Shown one piece after another: positions 20,492-29,500 of a DNA stretch of 64,000 nt (position 1 is its first letter; the number at the start of each line of letters is the position of its first letter). The notes beneath the pieces are model-generated. The model ran no database searches. It was not told where the DNA came from and worked only from the letters and a program-made list of their open reading frames with translations. The stretch lies in IMG/VR virus record IMGVR_UViG_3300038463_000730, positions 124,001 to 188,000 of that record. One strand, written 5' to 3'. A program made the translations under genes and the position numbers.

Positions 20492-21234
20492 GCGTCTTCA
20501 ATAACCTCTTTCAACTGTGCATCAGTCTTGATCGCAAAATTGTCACGAGCTTGATTATCCATCGCTCCAAGTTCAGCATGCAAATACTTCTGTAAAGAAA
20601 GGTCAAGGTCTTCAACCCATTCGAGTCGTGCTTCAAAATCTTCTGTACCCAATACCTGATCAATCGGTACTCCGTCGATACGATAGATGGCGTAGGCAAG
20701 TTCTTGGCGTCTCGCTTCGAATACGATCTCAAGTTTCGGCACATTCGTTACGGCTCGCACAGCTTCACGCATCTCACGTGCTTTTAACGTACGTAAGGAA
20801 AAAACAGTCGGGTGGTCTCCACCTTGAACCGTAACATCTTTTTTGATGCGGCCTAGTCCGGCGAGATACTCCATCCGTTCACGTCCAAAAGACGAAATCG
20901 GGATATTGCCGGAAGTCTTCTGACGACGAAGCGCAGACATCTCAGCTTCAATACGCGCAGTTTCCTCCGAACGATTCACCATCTCTTGCTGACGACGTTG
21001 ACGATCGTGCTCTTCACGATATGGATTAACCGGCTGACCTTGAGCCTGCTGATATTGGGGCTGCTGATAAAGCTCGGACCCCTGCATGTCACCATACTGA
21101 GGAGGAGCCCCGACAAATCCACGTTGCGGGGGCTGCTCAGACGTAACATCGGGAACTTCGAATGTACGATGTTCCCGACGAGGTCTAACCTGTTGCTGAG
21201 GATTATTGATCGAGCTGTTAATTCCTGGTGGCAT
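20482..21234 (-). CDS. Tail assembly chaperone (G-like), 250 aa
   Basis: Between tube and tape measure genes; FSLRTLKAREMRE...LAYAIYRIDGVPI; ends EDAKK-stop on a slippery site; Gln/Pro-rich disordered N-terminus. Confidence 0.8.
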   Translation of the reverse strand: MPPGINSSINNPQQQVRPRREHRTFEVPDVTSEQPPQRGFVGAPPQYGDMQGSELYQQPQYQQAQGQPVNPYREEHDRQRRQQEMVNRSEETARIEAEMSALRRQKTSGNIPISSFGRERMEYLAGLGRIKKDVTVQGGDHPTVFSLRTLKAREMREAVRAVTNVPKLEIVFEARRQELAYAIYRIDGVPIDQVLGTEDFEARLEWVEDLDLSLQKYLHAELGAMDNQARDNFAIKTDAQLKEVIEDAKK

Positions 21235-21267
21235 ACTATTCCTTTATTCTTGAGACTTACTGAGCAG

Positions 21268-21276
21268 TATATATCG
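21268..21276 (-). promoter_or_regulatory. Representative copy of recurrent intergenic motif (C/G)G(A)TATATA, candidate phage late promoter
   Basis: Similar copies at 5549, 9995, 16915, 41571, 44113, 53050, 55993 and 63563, all just upstream of start codons. Confidence 0.5.
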
Positions 21277-21298
21277 CCGGGTATAACTATGTTCTTAC

Positions 21299-21952
21299 TT
21301 AGAACGCTCCGCCTAAGAATGCATTGATCAAACCTGGGGCATCCATCGAGCCACGACGTCCACCGACGTCTGTAGACTGCTCAATTGGATCCTTGAAGAA
21401 TGTCAAGTTACGTGTTCCACCATCTGCAATTGCCGTGTTACCACCGACGAAGAAGCTCTTGATAACTTCAGCTTCGAAGCTCATATCCTCGATGATGATA
21501 AAGTCAGTTGCGCTGTATGTTACACCAGTGCTGGTAATCCATACGTTTGAAACCTTCGTTACAATCGTTGCTGGATCATTCAGTGGGTCGGTGCTATCTG
21601 ATGGCGCGTTCTGTGTGTCGATGATTTCGATATCGAACGGGTATCGCTGCGAAGCCACGTGGACATAGCCACGGCTGAACGCCTCGGCAACACGCAAGCG
21701 GTCCAAACGGACACGTTTGCAAGTTCCCTTGATATCGACCGATTTCATTGGAGCTGAGTCGATGTGACCATCTGTTCCAACTTCATCAATCATCTTGACC
21801 GAACGAGTTTCGTTGATCGTAATGCTTTGCAATGCTCCTACAGCCTCAACCCCAACCTTGATGATGATGTTAGTCGAGAGTGATACCTGAGTACGATTCG
21901 TACCTCCTGGTCCACCAATTGGAGTGCCTGTTTGCGGGTATTGTCCAGCCAT
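21299..21952 (-). CDS. Tail tube protein
   Basis: 217 aa directly after the sheath; IIIKVGVEAVGALQSITINETR...YPFDIEIID...NVWITSTGVTYSATDFIIIEDMSFEAE. Confidence 0.85.
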   Translation of the reverse strand: MAGQYPQTGTPIGGPGGTNRTQVSLSTNIIIKVGVEAVGALQSITINETRSVKMIDEVGTDGHIDSAPMKSVDIKGTCKRVRLDRLRVAEAFSRGYVHVASQRYPFDIEIIDTQNAPSDSTDPLNDPATIVTKVSNVWITSTGVTYSATDFIIIEDMSFEAEVIKSFFVGGNTAIADGGTRNLTFFKDPIEQSTDVGGRRGSMDAPGLINAFLGGAF

Positions 21953-21978
21953 TTGTTAATCCTCTAAGTTATACCTGT

Positions 21979-24795
21979 TTATCCAGAAATTGTTCCGACG
22001 CTTGTCTGAATGTAGATCCAATTTACTGGGTAAGTTGGCTGGACCTGCACTGAAATATCCCACTGACGTGGTTCAACCGGATCACGCTTGACAATCAAAC
22101 TTGCAAATTTTGTAATCAAACCCTGTCCGATGAACGATGTTAGGAGACCTTCTGCTCGCGATGTGAGCGATGCGAGCAACGATGGATCTTCTGGCAATCC
22201 AATGTATCCCTGGAAGCCTGTACGTAGAGACTTCGCAATCGCATCACGAATGAATACGATCGACATCTCCTGCTCTTCTGGGAAACCACTGTTCGTAGTT
22301 GTCAATCCCTGGACAATCAATCCACCGCCCGATACTGGCTGAGCCAAACAGATTCCCGCAGTAACCAACTCGCGTTGAATGACTGGAGAGTACATGTCCG
22401 TGCTCGCAATCGTGAATCCGGACAAAACCTTGTTTGTCAACGGCATCGCGACATTTGGTGTACCGGAGTAGAAACCACCGGCCGCAGCTGCCATATAGAA
22501 TCCGTGAACCTGATTGAGCGATGTTCCGGCCTGGACCGTGATCGTATCAGGATAGAAATATTGGCAACGGAATGTGTCTCCAAATGCTGCATCGACTGAG
22601 TAGTTAGCTAGGTCGGAGATATCACCGTTCAGAATCTCTGTTACAGTGTTACCATGGATACCTTCCAAAACTCCCAAGCTCTCAACTGCCGCAAGCGTAT
22701 TTCCAAGAACATTGTCTACTGTCAAACCGGAGATAGCTCCGATCAACGCGACACGCTCATGCTTGTTCAGAATGTTGCTCTGTGTAATACAGTGAACAAC
22801 CGTGTTCTGGAAAATTGCAGAAATGGTCTGGTTTGGTAGTGGCACGACGATATCAACATCGACCGTTTCCAAAGAAGCCAAAGCGTTAATCCAACCAGCA
22901 TCGTAGAACGAAGCATCGCGTGCATCGACAATCGTAACTCGTAGTCCGTAACCGTTCGGTACGACCGACTGGTTGATCAAGATCTCAGAAGACGTGCTGC
23001 TCGTATCGACCACCTCGAACGTAACCTGTGTCTCGTCGAGGAAGAACTTGCTAATCTTTACAACCGATGTAGACGTGAACGCCGTAATCAGGAATGTACC
23101 GTTGTTACCTGGGTTAGTTGCATCCTGAATCACGACGTACTTACCAACCATTCCGCTGGTAAATGGCGCAGATGGCGCAGTCAACGTTGCCGTTGTGTAT
23201 GTCCCGTTGACAAACGGTGGAGCATCCTGATCCTGAGCACCGCGTGTAATCGTTACCGTACCGGCTCCGAATGGAACCGTCGTACCACCTAGGGTAGCAA
23301 GTGTTGCGCCGTTGATGAGTGGGTTTGTTTCGTTAACAAAGTCACCCGCTGTGATATACAGTTCACCGTTCAGTACTCCACCGACGAAGTATGTTCCAAT
23401 GTTCGAAGCATTGGTTGTGTCGAAAATATTAACTTCGTTCAATCCGCCGTTGTAATCGAGCTGCGTGAACAAGAATGTTCCGCTGCTGAGAGTCGCGACA
23501 CCAGGAATGTTGATCGAAGCTTCGAGGACACCGTCCTGTGCGTACTTCGTTACTTCTGGCTCTTCGATAACGGTATAGTCGTATCCGAAATCCGTTGTAT
23601 CGAAAACAAACTGACTAACAGTTGGGTCAGATCCGACCGTGTAGTACTCTACCTTGTTCGGGATGATCTGCTTCTCAACACCCGTTGTCGGATTCGTTAC
23701 GAAGAAGTGAATGTCTGAATTGAAATCCGGCACAACTCCTGTTGGAAGTGGGAAAAGATAATCTTCAACATTTGTGCTCGTCGCAACAACCTTATCCGAA
23801 AGGATGTACGATGTACGACGTGGGAGTGCTGGCGCGGTCTGCAATGCCATAACGCCTGGTGTGCCGTTTGCGAATGCAAGCTGAGCACCCATCGATAGAG
23901 CATTGTTCACGACAATTGAATCGGAGATATTTGCAGCCGGAGTGACACTTGGCGTACCGCAGTTCGCCGTGACATCCTTCATGCTTGTATAGAAAACTGG
24001 ATTATTGATGTCCGAGACCGCGATATAGCTAGCAGTCAACGAATCATTCTTGATTAGTGAACCACTCTGTACCTGGACCGTAAACATATCACCCTGAATA
24101 AAATCAGGGGCGCTGAGTGTCATGTCCTGAGCAATAGCGAATGACAAGATTCCGTTCGTTACAACGACACCGTCTGACAACCAAACAATCGGGTTGCCGT
24201 AACCGTCTAGTGGTGATCCGCTGATCGTACCGAAAGCTAGGAACCGTGCAGTCTGTGGGACCGGGTTACCGTAACCGTCACGCTGAACCGAGATGCACTT
24301 GATCGACCAAGTTTCGGTCGGTGCGTTCGTGTCCACAACAGCTAAGTTCTGAAGCGTGCCTTCACCTACGTTGATTGCTCCGGCTTTGTAGAACAAGCCA
24401 CCCTGGTCAACCAGGTAAGCTTGCTGCAACTCAATCTCGCCCGTGGTCGGGTCGAGACGATAGTCGAATGCATCACTAAATGTCCCGGAGTCAATCTTCT
24501 CTTCGATACCCTTGAGAAGGACTCCATTACGAAACAACTGTGTGCGATTAGCAATCTCTGGAAAGAGACTCAATAAGAAGTGTCGTCCATCCGCTCCCGA
24601 TACTGATGTATAGGTTGCGTTTAGTCCATCGTTCCCACCGCCGATAGCTGATGAAACGATAACTTCACTTCTCTGACCTTCGCCCATTATTGCGACGATT
24701 CGTGCGCCACCAGGAACAGAAACGCCTGTTGTCAGTGTTTCTACCTCTACATAAACGCCTGGTGTTGCATTACTTGCGCCTGGTATGTTAGCCAT
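21979..24795 (-). CDS. Contractile tail sheath protein with inserted domains, 938 aa
   Basis: N-terminal PGVYVEVET; C-terminal HERVALIG, PLTNKVLSGF, VQGLTT...EEQEMSIVFIRD, DISVQVQPTYPVNWIYI. Confidence 0.93.
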   Translation of the reverse strand: MANIPGASNATPGVYVEVETLTTGVSVPGGARIVAIMGEGQRSEVIVSSAIGGGNDGLNATYTSVSGADGRHFLLSLFPEIANRTQLFRNGVLLKGIEEKIDSGTFSDAFDYRLDPTTGEIELQQAYLVDQGGLFYKAGAINVGEGTLQNLAVVDTNAPTETWSIKCISVQRDGYGNPVPQTARFLAFGTISGSPLDGYGNPIVWLSDGVVVTNGILSFAIAQDMTLSAPDFIQGDMFTVQVQSGSLIKNDSLTASYIAVSDINNPVFYTSMKDVTANCGTPSVTPAANISDSIVVNNALSMGAQLAFANGTPGVMALQTAPALPRRTSYILSDKVVATSTNVEDYLFPLPTGVVPDFNSDIHFFVTNPTTGVEKQIIPNKVEYYTVGSDPTVSQFVFDTTDFGYDYTVIEEPEVTKYAQDGVLEASINIPGVATLSSGTFLFTQLDYNGGLNEVNIFDTTNASNIGTYFVGGVLNGELYITAGDFVNETNPLINGATLATLGGTTVPFGAGTVTITRGAQDQDAPPFVNGTYTTATLTAPSAPFTSGMVGKYVVIQDATNPGNNGTFLITAFTSTSVVKISKFFLDETQVTFEVVDTSSTSSEILINQSVVPNGYGLRVTIVDARDASFYDAGWINALASLETVDVDIVVPLPNQTISAIFQNTVVHCITQSNILNKHERVALIGAISGLTVDNVLGNTLAAVESLGVLEGIHGNTVTEILNGDISDLANYSVDAAFGDTFRCQYFYPDTITVQAGTSLNQVHGFYMAAAAGGFYSGTPNVAMPLTNKVLSGFTIASTDMYSPVIQRELVTAGICLAQPVSGGGLIVQGLTTTNSGFPEEQEMSIVFIRDAIAKSLRTGFQGYIGLPEDPSLLASLTSRAEGLLTSFIGQGLITKFASLIVKRDPVEPRQWDISVQVQPTYPVNWIYIQTSVGTISG

Positions 24796-24938
24796 ATTCT
24801 AATTCCTCTGAAAGTTAATTCAACTAAAATGTCTTGTTATTGCCTGATCCCGATATTTTGAGGCGTCGAAACGAAGTCGAATTCCAGGCGTAATGAAAGA
24901 GAAGTCTATCCTAGATACTAGAAATTTGATATTTCGAC

Positions 24939-25733
24939 TCAAAGATTAGATAGTATTTCTACCAAAGTCTGTTGGTAATTGATTTCTAGTCCAGGAGCGA
25001 CCTGTGAATTGGGGTTCGATAGGTCCCTGAAGTCGATGACAAAATTAAGAACTTCCAATACGTTCCGGATCGGGATATTACGTCTCCATTCCGAACGATA
25101 CGTAATAGACACAGTCTGCTTGAATAGCTTGTCGTTACGATCTTCGGTTTCCGTGCCAGCCCCCGCCGATACACCCTTAACGAAGAAACCTGCATTTTGT
25201 AGGTTTCCACGTTCAACGTCCTCGAACAAAATCGTAACCAGTTCGATCAGATCATCCCGAGATCGGAGACTTCGAGTCATGATATCGATCGTAATCGTGC
25301 CTTCGTAGCCTCCAGCATAGATAAACGACTGTGGAACCTTAAATGTCTTAATGTTCCCGAAGTTGTCTTTGTATACGTCCCAGTCCCATTGAATACTTGA
25401 CCGCTCGTTATTGAAAGATAGCGGTACGAACCTGGCTCCACCGTGACGAACGATGATCGCCGGGTAGAACACAACGTCGTAGCGATAGCTCTCGCCTATG
25501 AAGAGACGTGTCGAACGATCGTCGTGGTAGCCAGCATCCTGAGGAAGATCGGTTTGATCAGGAGTCTTAGGGAAGCCGTACTCGTCGTAGACGAAATGGT
25601 AGAATGAATCCTTATTAAAGAACTCTCGTAATGTCGCGACGACGATTTCCTTCGGGAACACAATCATGCTGTTCTGCATGATGTAGTTCAACCCAGGAAG
25701 ATCCGAACGATAGAAGTTATTTGTGGGGCACAT
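24939..25733 (-). CDS. Tail terminator / tail completion protein
   Basis: Directly upstream of the sheath; LFIGESYRYDVVFYPAIIVR, GTITIDIMTRSLRSRDDLIELV. Start moved to the ATG at 25733 (ORF track start 25760). Confidence 0.65.
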   Translation of the reverse strand: MCPTNNFYRSDLPGLNYIMQNSMIVFPKEIVVATLREFFNKDSFYHFVYDEYGFPKTPDQTDLPQDAGYHDDRSTRLFIGESYRYDVVFYPAIIVRHGGARFVPLSFNNERSSIQWDWDVYKDNFGNIKTFKVPQSFIYAGGYEGTITIDIMTRSLRSRDDLIELVTILFEDVERGNLQNAGFFVKGVSAGAGTETEDRNDKLFKQTVSITYRSEWRRNIPIRNVLEVLNFVIDFRDLSNPNSQVAPGLEINYQQTLVEILSNL

Positions 25734-25839
25734 CCTTATTTGATGCAAGAAAAGTAGCATCCGTCAGGATTGGCTTATTCAGTGCTACTTTAATTCCAAC
25801 TATCTTTTACGAGGCTCGTTCATAATCGGATGCTTTTAG

Positions 25840-25867
25840 TTGACATGTCGGAAAGTCGATCTACTCT
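25840..25867 (+). promoter_or_regulatory. Sigma70-like promoter for the lipoprotein gene
   Basis: TTGACA (25840-25845), 16-nt spacer, TACTCT (25862-25867); GGAG ribosome-binding site before the ATG at 25923. Confidence 0.6.
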
Positions 25868-25922
25868 ATGACGACGACCTCGAAACTGACCAAGCTATTC
25901 AACCAAGGACAGGGAGCTAGTC

Positions 25923-26597
25923 ATGCGACATGTAGCGAAATTCACTGTGATCTCGTGCCTTCTGAGCGGAATCGGGTGCGGCGGCACTCCTCAGACCACG
26001 GAAGTCGTCGTAAACAACCCCGGTTCCAGTGGCGGAACGGATGGCGGCTCTGGCTCCGGCTCTGGCTCCAGCTCAGGCGGCTCCGGCTCTTCTAGTGGCT
26101 CGGGGTCGGGGTCAGGCTCGGGCTCGTCGAGCGGCTCTTCCAGCGGTGGAGGGTCTGGTTCCAGCTCGGGCGGAAGCGAAGATGCAGGCGTTGACGCAGC
26201 CTGCCAAGGTCAGTTCGAATGTGGAGCGGCCGATACCAAATGTGGCACGTTCACTGACAACTGCGGCAACCCGGTCGTGTGCTCGTGTCAGGACACAACC
26301 TTCACGTGCGGAGCACCTGGGATCGTTGTGAACGATGCCGGAGAAACAACGGGTATTGCAACGAGCCCGACCCAGTGCGGGCTTGATTGCACCCAACATT
26401 TCGGGGCCGGTGGAGTCTGCCCAGGTCTAAGCTTACCGAACGCCGGAACGTCGTACTACTGCAACGACGGGCCGTACTACCTGACGTTGACGTTTACCCA
26501 GCGCTATCCGAATTGTAGCTACTACTCTTCGACGAGCCAATTCGTCGAGCACGACGCAGGAGTCCCGAGCGGACAAGCCGTGTTGTGCTGCGAATGA
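25923..26597 (+). CDS. Myxobacterial-style Cys-rich lipoprotein with Gly/Ser linker (moron)
   Basis: Signal peptide with lipobox-like LLSGIG|C, then a GSGSSSGG linker, DAG motifs and a Cys-rich domain; opposite strand to its neighbours and visibly more GC-rich. Confidence 0.8.
   Translation: MRHVAKFTVISCLLSGIGCGGTPQTTEVVVNNPGSSGGTDGGSGSGSGSSSGGSGSSSGSGSGSGSGSSSGSSSGGGSGSSSGGSEDAGVDAACQGQFECGAADTKCGTFTDNCGNPVVCSCQDTTFTCGAPGIVVNDAGETTGIATSPTQCGLDCTQHFGAGGVCPGLSLPNAGTSYYCNDGPYYLTLTFTQRYPNCSYYSSTSQFVEHDAGVPSGQAVLCCE
26022..26177 (+). repeat. Low-complexity Gly/Ser-coding repeat
   Basis: Degenerate GGCTC(T/C/G) hexamers encoding GSGSGSGSSSGG. Confidence 0.8.
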
Positions 26598-29500
26598 TTA
26601 CATCCGTGTTGGATCTAGATTGTAGATCGACACGTTGATAATCGGCGCTGCCCAAGAAGCGTAAGCCAATCCGGACGGATCAGGAGACTGAATCTGAAGG
26701 ATATAGCTAAAACTCGAATCGTCCAGCACAAGGCCGCCTGGTATGGTGCATACATATGTACCAACGCTCGGTGTTGTCCCGCTCCAAGAGAACGTGGCTC
26801 CTTGTGCTGTATTGGTCGCTCCAGGGCCATTTATGGATAGAGTAATCGGCGTAGATGCTCCCTGGTTATTCGGGTACGCATAGAGCGAAATAGACGGACC
26901 AGCGGTCCATGGTTTTCCAGGATGTCCTAGTGCGTAGGTAATGTTAAAGCTATTCATCGTAGATCCATTCGGGAATCTCGAAATAGCAAGCTGCATTTGC
27001 CCTGCGCTACCTGCCGTACCGTCAAGCGTTGAGAACAAAGTCGTTCCCGGTCCTCCAGCGCCAAGGTTTCCGCTGTAACCGTAGGTGACGGAAGCACCAC
27101 CGACATAACCGCCCCAGATAGCTGGCTGGCATATGTTCCGCACAACCGGAACAATCAACGGTGGAATGTTTTCAGAGTAACTGTGCAGGTTGGCAAGATT
27201 TGAACGAATCAACGATGCACTGTTGCTGTAGACAACCAATGTATAGTTGGAAGCGCCATCTACCGTTTCTGAATCGAAGAAGTTGCCAGTAACACTTACA
27301 AGTCCTGACGAAGACGTAACATTAATGTAAGACGCGATTACATTCGTGTAACGATAGAATTGGTTACCCGTAATCGTGCATTGACGTCCGTTGACTCCGT
27401 AATATGTGATGAACGTTCCGGTGCCGGATTGGTTGAGGCAACCGTCGAACGTGTTATCCGTGATCGACCCACCCGGAGCCATGAATACACAGTTGTCGTA
27501 ATAGTAAATCGTTTGTGGCGTTAGAGTGTTGTCCGTGTGAGAACCGACGAAGAACATGTTTCCACTGATTTTCACGTTTCCAACGTCTCCGCCCGAACCT
27601 GAGTTCGCATCGCAACGAATAGCCGAATTCGATGGAGTTCCACGATCCTCTAGAGCGTCTACGTTTCCTATGTAGTTCCCAAGGAACGTCGTCGAGTAAG
27701 CCAGGAATCGATTATTCAATATCTGGAGTGTCGTGGCGTGCGTCGAGAGCGTTGTCGTATCATTATTGCCGATTTGCGCCTGAACCCAGTTAACCGTGTT
27801 CTCGCGAATGATAGTCGAGCCGATCCAGTACGTTCCGTCGCCACCAGTCTGGTAGCGGTGAAGACCGTCCTCGCAGGCCGTAGCAATCAAGTGACACGAG
27901 TTACCTGCGATGATCAGCGTCTCGTCCTTGTCACGAGTTAGCTGGCTCAAGTTCGGTGTGTTGCGTGGATAATCGAGCTGGTGCCAGTACAGAATCGCAC
28001 CGCACACGTTATTTTCGATGTGAACGTTGATCATTGCGGTAGATGATCCGGGAGACGAACCGTTTCGCTGTGCGCCCAAGAAAATCATCTGATTCTTGTC
28101 ACAATAGTTTTTATTGATGTGACAGTTGATAAGTTTCGGAGCTTCGTTGCCGCTCGTATACCCGGCCGGGTGACCAGTTAGAAGCGCAAACGCCGGAGCC
28201 AAATCATCTACCGATGTCGTAGATATGAACTGATTATTCTCGATGTAGAAGTTCGACAGAAATGTGTCAGCCGCAGCATTAGCTTGAACGGCGTAGAACG
28301 AGATTACTGGGTAACGATTGACCGTTGTCGTTGTAAACTTACAGTTACGAATATAGATGTTCTGAATGGTTTGGTCTGAGAACAAACCAGCGATTGCTCC
28401 ATACGTAGCCGAGCTAACAGTGGGAGGAGGTGTCTGAGGCGATGATGGACCGGTGCAGTTGACTAGGTAAGACGACGACCACGTTGCATCATTTGTTGCA
28501 TCGTAATTGTACGTGATGTTACATCCGTCGAACGTTGTGTTGCTTTTAACATTGAAACCAGTCTGACCGTTCACAGTTATTGTGCAACCCTTGAAGCTTG
28601 CAAAAGACCCGGCAGCAAAAGATAAGAACGCTCCAGGGGCAAGGCTCATCGTGCAGCCATTGAACGCCATCGTCATGCCAGAAGATATCGTGATTGTGTT
28701 TACAGCTGCAAAGATAATGTTGCAATTATTGAACGTTACGTTGCCACCGTTGGTAAGCATCGCCAACGTGGTACCGAAATTAAACGTACAGTTATTGAAC
28801 GTTACTTGCCCACCTTCAAAGAAGTTGATGCCGTACCCGTCATTGAAAGTACAGTTATTGAATGTTGATACGCTTCCTGCCTGGAAAGCTAGACCGGTGA
28901 ATCCGCCACCAAGGAATGTAAACGTTATGTTTTCAAAATTGGCAACTGAAAACATATCAAATAGTGAGTTTGCCTGAAAAACAAAGGCCCCAGCTCCATC
29001 ACCAATAAAATCAACTGGTTGAGGATAACTCAGTGTCAAAGCGCCAAGAATTGAATTGCTGCCTTTTACTTTGATGCGAGATTCGTAAGACGAATTGTAT
29101 TTGAGATACGCATTAACCACTGCAAACTGTGAGAAGTTCCCAGTGCTCGGGTCCGCGCTCAACACTGGGGAGATGTTCTGATCCGAGTTCCGAATGAATT
29201 TACGAACGTCGGTCACAAACGCCGATGCGCCCTGCTGATTGAATAGATAGAGTGGTGTCAAATCTTTGCGTGTATTGAGCAAAGATGAGAATGTTGTTGA
29301 ATCAACCGGGTACGATACAAGTGTCGTTGGATTGTAAAGAGTAAGCAATCGACCAGGATTGTTTATCGCATTGACCGTAGTGTCGTAGTCCGTAATAGGA
29401 ATGGTCTGAATCTCTGCTTTTTGGTTAACACAGATAACCCAGTTCACACCGTTGATTGGCGTTCCGCCGTTGTTGTCTTGAACAGCCGGGATATTAACAG

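Noticed and set aside
1-25733. Extracellular contractile injection system, tailocin or T6SS interpretation of the sheath/tube/baseplate cluster
   Set aside because: A major capsid protein, decoration protein and neck genes lie in the same gene cluster, so this is a phage.
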